Source: an uncultured Candidatus Saccharibacteria bacterium
Lineage (GTDB): Bacteria > Patescibacteriota > Minisyncoccia > Phycocordibacterales > XYD1-FULL-46-19
Assembly (NCBI GenBank): GCA_964639285.1
Contig: CAZXCI010000004.1
Location: 5,252-69,251, forward strand
Direction of reading: 5' to 3'
Length of the DNA: 64,000 nucleotides
Part shown: one piece after another, positions 58,608-64,000 of the stretch
Layout: every line of letters begins with the position of its first letter
How positions within the stretch are numbered: the first letter of the stretch is position 1
Translations under genes and position numbers: made by a program
Notes under the pieces: generated by a model
Told to the model about the DNA's origin: nothing
Databases searched by the model: none
What the model saw: only the letters and a program-made list of their open reading frames with translations

Positions 58608-60803
58608 CTATTCAACAGGCCATGGGGTGATCATTAGAAGTGAGTTCTTGCCAAGTGATTGCCAAATTTCTTCGGTTATGAAAGGCATGAAAGGGTGCAG
58701 GGCGATTAAGATTTTTTCTAAAGTGTTTGCCAAGAATAGCTCGCGGGATTTTTTGGCTTTGTCATCATTGCCTGAGAAAATATTTTTGCTGTCCTCGAGA
58801 ATGTTTGAGGCGAACTCATCCCAGACGTAATGATAGAGTTTCTCTGCGGCAAGGTGGAAGCGATAATTGTTGAGATCTTTGGTGATGTCTTGGAGAAGTT
58901 CTTCGAATCTGGCCTCTAGATTTTGGTCATCTTTAGTGAGCGAACCTGACGACTCTTGGGCACCCCTAAGAGTCGTGGCGGTGTCCGTGTTAGATAGAAC
59001 GAAACGGGTGATATTCCAAAGTTTGTTGGCAAAGAGTTTGTAACCTTTAATCTTGTCTTCAGCCAGAGCCATGTCTATTCCCGGTGTATTGCCGACAATA
59101 AGGGCCATGCGCAAAGCGTCGGTTCCATATTTCTCACCGATTTCCACTGGGCTGATAACGTTACCTTTACTTTTGCTCATTTTTTGTCTGGCACCGTCAC
59201 GGACCATACCATGGAGGTATATGGTGTGGAAGGGGATTTTGCCGGTGCGGTAAATTCCCAGCATAATCATTTTGGCAACCCAGAAGAAGATAATGTCGGC
59301 AGCTGTCTCCATTACATCGGTAGGGTAAAAAGTTTTAAAATCAGGACTGTCTGGATAGCCCAAAGAGGCAAAAGGCCATTGGCTAGACGAGAACCAAGTA
59401 TCGAAGGTGTCGGGATCGGGAAGGAGTTCGCCAGATTTACACTTAGGACATTCCCCGCTTAACTTATTGTCGAGATCGACTATTCCATAATCACAATCAG
59501 GATTAGAGCAAATTTTGGCTGGGATAGGGATACCCCAGGCAATCTGACGTGAGATATTCCAGTCACGGATATTTTCGAGCCAGTGGAAATAAATTTTCTC
59601 TTGGAAGTTGGGAATGATTTTTATTTCACCAGACTTTACTGCCTGGATGGCTTCCTTGGCTAGGGGTTCCATTTTTACAAACCATTGGGGCATAATGCGC
59701 GGTTCAAGAATCCTATTACATTTGTAACAAGTGACAACATTGTGTTCGTAGACTTCTTCTTTAACAAGGAGTCCTAGTTCCTTCAACCTCTCGACAACTT
59801 TCTCTCGGGCAATTTCAATTTTGAGGCCTTTAAATTCTCCGGCGACGTCAGTTAATCTGCCATTTTTATCAATTACTTCAACACCGCTTAAGTTGTGTCG
59901 TTGAGCAATCTCGAAATCAGCCATATCGTGCCAAGGGGTAATTGTCATAACGCCGGTGCCAAACTGCATATCAATAGATTCGTCTTTTATTACCGTAGCG
60001 GTGATTTCACCCTCAAGCCACTTAACTGAGAGTTTGTCTCCATCTTTGTACTGGGCATAACGAGAATCATTAGGATGCATGACAACGTATTTGTCGCCAA
60101 ATTTTGTTTCTGGTCGGGAAGTAGCGATAACAAAGGGTCCATATTGCATATAGTAAAGTTTGTCAGTGCGAGTCTCGGCGAGAGCTTCAAGATCAGAGAG
60201 GGATGTTTGATGCTTGGTGCACCAATTCACAATCCGGTTGCCACGGTAGATAAGGTTATCTTTGAACATTTGCTCGAAGGTCTCATAAACCGTTTTGATG
60301 ATATTGGCATCGAGAGTAAATTTTTCTCGTGACCAATCGCAAGAGGCACCGAGGGCTCGCAAGTCGGCTTCGGTGTTGGCTTTGTTGTCGAGGGTGAATT
60401 TTAGAATTTCGGCATATAATTCTTCTCGGGTTAGGTTGAAGCGGGAGCGCCCCTCTTTCTCTAGCTTTTTCTCATAGACGACCTGAGTCTCGAAGCCAGC
60501 ATGGTCGGTACCAGGCAGCCAAAGGGTCTTATAGCCTTGTAAGCGCTTGTAGCGAGTCATCACATCCTCAAGGGTAACAAAGAGGGCATGGCCAGCGTGG
60601 AGACGCCCGTTGGCATTCGGTGGAGGCATAATGATAGTGAAGGGAGGGGATATCAAGGACGGTTCTTGGGGTCCTGTAAGGACCGTCCTTGAGGGCAAGT
60701 TGTCAGGGTTAAAATAGCCACTTTTTTCCCACAAGTCATAAATCCGCTTCTCGGTCTGAGACGGATTATAGGGCTCCATAAATTTTGAGTCTTCGCTTAG
60801 CAT
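58608..60803 (-). CDS. valS: valyl-tRNA synthetase (short form)
   Basis: PPPNANGRLHAGHA (ValRS-type HIGH), KMSKSKGN, LWLPGTDHAGFETQ; tRNA-Val gene nearby. Confidence 0.75.
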   Translation of the reverse strand: MLSEDSKFMEPYNPSQTEKRIYDLWEKSGYFNPDNLPSRTVLTGPQEPSLISPPFTIIMPPPNANGRLHAGHALFVTLEDVMTRYKRLQGYKTLWLPGTDHAGFETQVVYEKKLEKEGRSRFNLTREELYAEILKFTLDNKANTEADLRALGASCDWSREKFTLDANIIKTVYETFEQMFKDNLIYRGNRIVNWCTKHQTSLSDLEALAETRTDKLYYMQYGPFVIATSRPETKFGDKYVVMHPNDSRYAQYKDGDKLSVKWLEGEITATVIKDESIDMQFGTGVMTITPWHDMADFEIAQRHNLSGVEVIDKNGRLTDVAGEFKGLKIEIAREKVVERLKELGLLVKEEVYEHNVVTCYKCNRILEPRIMPQWFVKMEPLAKEAIQAVKSGEIKIIPNFQEKIYFHWLENIRDWNISRQIAWGIPIPAKICSNPDCDYGIVDLDNKLSGECPKCKSGELLPDPDTFDTWFSSSQWPFASLGYPDSPDFKTFYPTDVMETAADIIFFWVAKMIMLGIYRTGKIPFHTIYLHGMVRDGARQKMSKSKGNVISPVEIGEKYGTDALRMALIVGNTPGIDMALAEDKIKGYKLFANKLWNITRFVLSNTDTATTLRGAQESSGSLTKDDQNLEARFEELLQDITKDLNNYRFHLAAEKLYHYVWDEFASNILEDSKNIFSGNDDKAKKSRELFLANTLEKILIALHPFMPFITEEIWQSLGKNSLLMITPWPVE

Positions 60804-60973
60804 TTTACTCTACAGGGTTAATGATACCAAAAAGACCCCAATTTTCAAAGGGAATCAGGGGGAGGGCCAAAGTGTTCAACATCGGGAAGTGTTCAACACC
60901 GGGTGTTGGCCACTTTTCCCTTTAGGGAATTTAGTAAAACCTTAACGATCGTTAAATGTTTGCTAAATTTTAT

Positions 60974-62203
60974 TTATTTTAAATTTAAATTTCCTTCGGC
61001 TTTGAAAGTGCGGGAGGTTTTAGCTTTTTGAGCGAGGAGGCGGAAGCCGGCGGCGATGGCAATCATGGTGGCATTATCAGTGGAATAGGAGAGTTCAGGG
61101 ATGAGAAGATTTAGCTTGGAGTTGGTAGCTGTAAGCTTTAAAGAATTACGCAGAGCTGAGTTGGCAATGACGCCACCACCGGCAATGATTGTTTTGGCTT
61201 TGTATTTTTTTGTCGCTGTCAGAGTTTTGGCGATAATTACTTCGATCACGGCACTTTGGAAATCGTGGGCAATCTCAGCTTTTATTTCCTTGGTAAATTT
61301 GTTTTCGTTTTTTAATTTTTGCACTAGATAAAGTACGGCGGTTTTGATACCAGAGAAAGAGAAGTCTAGGTCGCCCGAGTGTAACATCGGGCGAGGGAGT
61401 TTGATTGTCCTCGAGGACAGCCCTTGAACTTCTCCTAAAGGACTGTTCTCGGGGGCGAACGTAGAGGCTAATTTTGAAATCTCTGGTCCACCGGGATAAG
61501 GTAAGCCTAAAATTCGAGCCACTTTATCGAAGGCTTCACCCACGGCATCATCACGGGTGCGTCCGACAATTTTATATTTGAGCCAATCCTTCGATAAGAC
61601 TAGCTCAGTGTGCCCACCAGATATTATTAAAGAAATTGCCGGGAAGGGGAAGTTTTGAGTTTTGAGTTTTGAGCTTTGAGGATTAGAACCAAGGCAGGCG
61701 AGTATATGTCCCTCTAAGTGATTAATTGGGTAGAGCGGTTTGCCCCAAATTTCGGCCAAGGCTTTAGCAAAATTAATTCCGACCCAGAGAGCAGGTTCTA
61801 AACCCGGCCCTTTAGTTACCGCGATAGCATCGATTTTGGGGATCTTGAGCGTCGGGATAGTTTGCCAGAATTGTTCTTTTAATTCGGGCTCTTTGTCTAA
61901 AATTTTATTTATCTTTTTTGTCGATTTTTTCTCTCTATCCTCTCGAAAAGCCTTTATTGTGCGATATCCAATCTCGCACAAATCAGCGTTTTTTAGAGAT
62001 TTTATCAACAAGGGGATAAGATTTTTGCCATGTTCGCGTTTAGCCAAAGATGGAACAACTCCACCCCATTGTTCGTGGATCTTAGTTTGGGAAGAAATAT
62101 TGTGAGCTAGCACTTTAAAAAGGGGGTTTTTTGCAGAGCTCTTTACTTCCACAACGCTTATAGCTGTATCATCACAGCTTGTCTCAATAGCGAGAATTTT
62201 CAT
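60974..62203 (-). CDS. tsaD: tRNA N6-adenosine threonylcarbamoyltransferase TsaD (Kae1/YgjD) with internal insertion
   Basis: MKILAIETSCDDTAISVV..., HLEGHI, GGVIANSALR motifs; 409 aa with a repeat-encoded insert. Confidence 0.8.
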   Translation of the reverse strand: MKILAIETSCDDTAISVVEVKSSAKNPLFKVLAHNISSQTKIHEQWGGVVPSLAKREHGKNLIPLLIKSLKNADLCEIGYRTIKAFREDREKKSTKKINKILDKEPELKEQFWQTIPTLKIPKIDAIAVTKGPGLEPALWVGINFAKALAEIWGKPLYPINHLEGHILACLGSNPQSSKLKTQNFPFPAISLIISGGHTELVLSKDWLKYKIVGRTRDDAVGEAFDKVARILGLPYPGGPEISKLASTFAPENSPLGEVQGLSSRTIKLPRPMLHSGDLDFSFSGIKTAVLYLVQKLKNENKFTKEIKAEIAHDFQSAVIEVIIAKTLTATKKYKAKTIIAGGGVIANSALRNSLKLTATNSKLNLLIPELSYSTDNATMIAIAAGFRLLAQKAKTSRTFKAEGNLNLK

Positions 62204-62241
62204 GGGCCAAATATAACAGAAAATTGATCAAGATGTAAACC

Positions 62242-62808
62242 TTACCTTTTTTTGTTCGCCACTAGATAATAGCGAGAGTTGACTTGCTTAAGTTTTGATT
62301 GGAAGTTATCTTTGGAAAGAAGAGTAACCAAAGAGTCTGGGGTGTGGAAGGTGCTTCCAAGACGAAAAGCTTTTTCCATTAATTCTATTAACCAACCAAT
62401 CGTGGTTGAAGGGTCGTACTCTTCTAAGATAATTTGGCCATTTGGCTTCAGAATACGGTCGATCTCCTCCAGAGCTTTGCCTTGATCGGGCAAATGGTGA
62501 AAAGCGTCAACCATAACTATCTTGTCGAAGCTTTTGTCAGGAAAAGGTAATTTCTCGGCTGTTCCTAAGATACAAATTAAACCACTTTTATCCTGGCATT
62601 CTTTTATCATCCCGGCTGAAGGGTCAATGATAGTAACTTGTCCCACTTGGGGAGCGATAAGTTTAGCAATTCTCCCGCTGCCGCCACCAATATCTAGGAC
62701 TTGGTCTGTTGGTAAAAAATTTGCCATAGAGACCAAATGATCAAGGGTTTTCTTTTTGCCAAAAGCAAAGAATTCGTAGACTGGAGCAATGAGATTAAAA
62801 ATGTTCAT
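62242..62808 (-). CDS. class I SAM-dependent methyltransferase (Methyltransf_11-like)
   Basis: VLDIGGGSGRIAKLIAP motif I; DKIVMVDAFHH. Confidence 0.65.
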   Translation of the reverse strand: MNIFNLIAPVYEFFAFGKKKTLDHLVSMANFLPTDQVLDIGGGSGRIAKLIAPQVGQVTIIDPSAGMIKECQDKSGLICILGTAEKLPFPDKSFDKIVMVDAFHHLPDQGKALEEIDRILKPNGQIILEEYDPSTTIGWLIELMEKAFRLGSTFHTPDSLVTLLSKDNFQSKLKQVNSRYYLVANKKR

Positions 62809-62814
62809 ATCGAG

Positions 62815-62887
62815 TGGGCGGTACAGGAGTCGAACCTGTGACCTTTTCTACGTCAAAGAAACGCTCTACCAACTGAGCTAACCGCCC
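62815..62887 (-). tRNA. tRNA-Val (GAC)
   Basis: Minus-strand GGGCGGTTAGCTCAGTTGGTAGAGC...tTGACgt...GGTTCGACTCC...; no CCA. Confidence 0.75.
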
Positions 62888-63143
62888 TTGTGATTTCAAA
62901 AGATCAACCCCTAAAATTTACCAAATTTTTGAAATTTAAGCAAACAAAAAAGGTGCCGACTTCTGGAGAAAGAGTCGGCACGGTTCGGCGAGCCATGGCG
63001 GGGGGACAGGAGATAAAATTCAAGGGCGAAGATCTGCTCCTTTTGTCCGGCTCGTCTGCGTTATGAGGGCGGATAATCTGCTCTCATCTTATCTTTTCTA
63101 AAAATAAAAGCAAGTTTTTGGATTTGGGTTGTCGAGTTTTTGG

Positions 63144-63611
63144 TTAACCTAACGCAATGGCGTAGTTTAGATAAATTGCAAAAGTGACCCAGAGTAAGTA
63201 AGGCAAGAGAAGCCAGCCAGCTCGACGGTCAATTTTCCTGAAGAGAGTCAAGTTCCAGAGGATAGCCAACCAAAGAATAATTATCTCGACAAGGGCCCAA
63301 GATGGTCTCTGTAGATAGAAGAAGAGAAATGACCACCAGACGTTGAGAATAAGTTGAGCAGCAAAGAGAAGATAGACCAGCTTCTTCTTAGGTTGTTTTT
63401 GTTTACTCCAAACAAGATAAAGGGAAAGCCCCATCAAGATGAAGAGGGTTGTCCAGACGACCGGGAAGATCCAACTTGGAGGAACGAGGGCTGGTTTGGT
63501 TAATGCCTCATACCAGCCGCCCTTGATACTTGGCGTGGTGAAGAGCGAGCCAATAAAGCCAGCGAACAGTGGAATAATTATTGAAATAAAAAGTTTGAGA
63601 TAATTTTCCAT
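63144..63611 (-). CDS. TspO/MBR tryptophan-rich sensory protein family membrane protein
   Basis: GGWYEALTKPALVPPSWIFPVVWTTLFILMGLSLYLVW matches the TspO signature. Confidence 0.6.
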   Translation of the reverse strand: MENYLKLFISIIIPLFAGFIGSLFTTPSIKGGWYEALTKPALVPPSWIFPVVWTTLFILMGLSLYLVWSKQKQPKKKLVYLLFAAQLILNVWWSFLFFYLQRPSWALVEIIILWLAILWNLTLFRKIDRRAGWLLLPYLLWVTFAIYLNYAIALG

Positions 63612-63612
63612 A

Positions 63613-63687
63613 TGGTGACCCTACCGGGAATCGAACCCGGATTAACGGCTTGAAAAGCCGGCGTCCTAACCGTTAGACGATAGGGCC
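63613..63687 (-). tRNA. tRNA-Glu (TTC), CCA encoded
   Basis: Minus-strand GGCCCTATCGTCTAACGGTTAGGACG...TTTTCAA...GGTTCGATTCCCGGTAGGGTCACCA. Confidence 0.7.
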
Positions 63688-63807
63688 AAGAACTCGTATT
63701 TAGGGGCTAGTATTTAGTATATAGGGTAAACCTAAAATCGAGCCATTAAAATGTAACATTTTTTTGAAAAATTGCCAAGAAAATGGTAGGATCTATGAGG
63801 TTACCAG

Positions 63808-63897
63808 GGAGGCGTGGCAGAGTGGTTGAACGCGCATGTTTCGAAAACATGTATGCCTGCAAGGGCATCGGAGGTTCGAATCCTCCCGCCTCCGCCA
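63808..63897 (+). tRNA. tRNA-Ser (CGA), type II, CCA encoded
   Basis: GGAGGCG...CATGTttcgaaaACATG (anticodon CGA)...GGAGGTTCGAATCCTCCCGCCTCCGCCA. Confidence 0.8.
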
Positions 63898-64000
63898 ATT
63901 TTCACTTTTTGTGAAATCGTAAGAAACAGCCTCGGCGCAAAGCGCCTCGGCATGGTATTTTTCCGCAATTTTGAAGGCATTTTTGAAATCCAAAACCAAA

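Noticed and set aside
63793-63999. 68-aa minus ORF overlapping tRNA-Ser(CGA)
   Set aside because: Overlaps a tRNA; spurious.

Overview
This 64-kb window has low GC on one or both sides of a GC-rich block. The gene content is a compact, small-protein set consistent with a Patescibacteria/CPR-like bacterium: groES-groEL, RNase J, secG, valS, tsaD, lepA, rarA, murJ, htpX and a class II nrdJ. It also carries seven tRNAs, an RNase P RNA on the minus strand (46.7-47.1 kb) that no ORF accounts for, two Hsp20 genes and a PrsW-type protease.

The first ~10 kb is accessory. It is phage-remnant or defence-like: a terS-like HTH protein, a ParB-nuclease/DNA-methyltransferase fusion, a DUF2188 protein, an AlbA_2 (Schlafen-like) protein heading a tight four-gene operon of unknowns, and an XRE HTH gene tightly coupled to a 436-aa gene with a PLD-like N-terminus.

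Between ~8.0 and 20.0 kb lies a composite island bounded by perfect 35-bp direct repeats. Each repeat is a palindromic operator-like element, and a second exact 14-bp repeat follows it. In copy 1 a 551-bp gene cassette separates the two repeats; in copy 2 they are separated by 2 bp. The island contains markedly GC-richer genes, listed here in ascending coordinate order: an ABC-F ATPase, an MTA/5'-deoxyadenosine phosphorylase, a radical SAM/SPASM enzyme preceded by a 58-aa Cys-rich peptide gene (candidate RiPP-type operon), a response regulator, a multi-TM GAF histidine kinase, a methyltransferase and a FadL-like outer-membrane beta-barrel. An ECF sigma/anti-sigma pair and Hsp20 sit just outside the repeat.

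A 1113-aa surface protein combines LVIVD beta-propeller repeats with a phage tail-fibre S74 intramolecular-chaperone domain.

Functional calls come from motif recognition by eye; no database searches were run.
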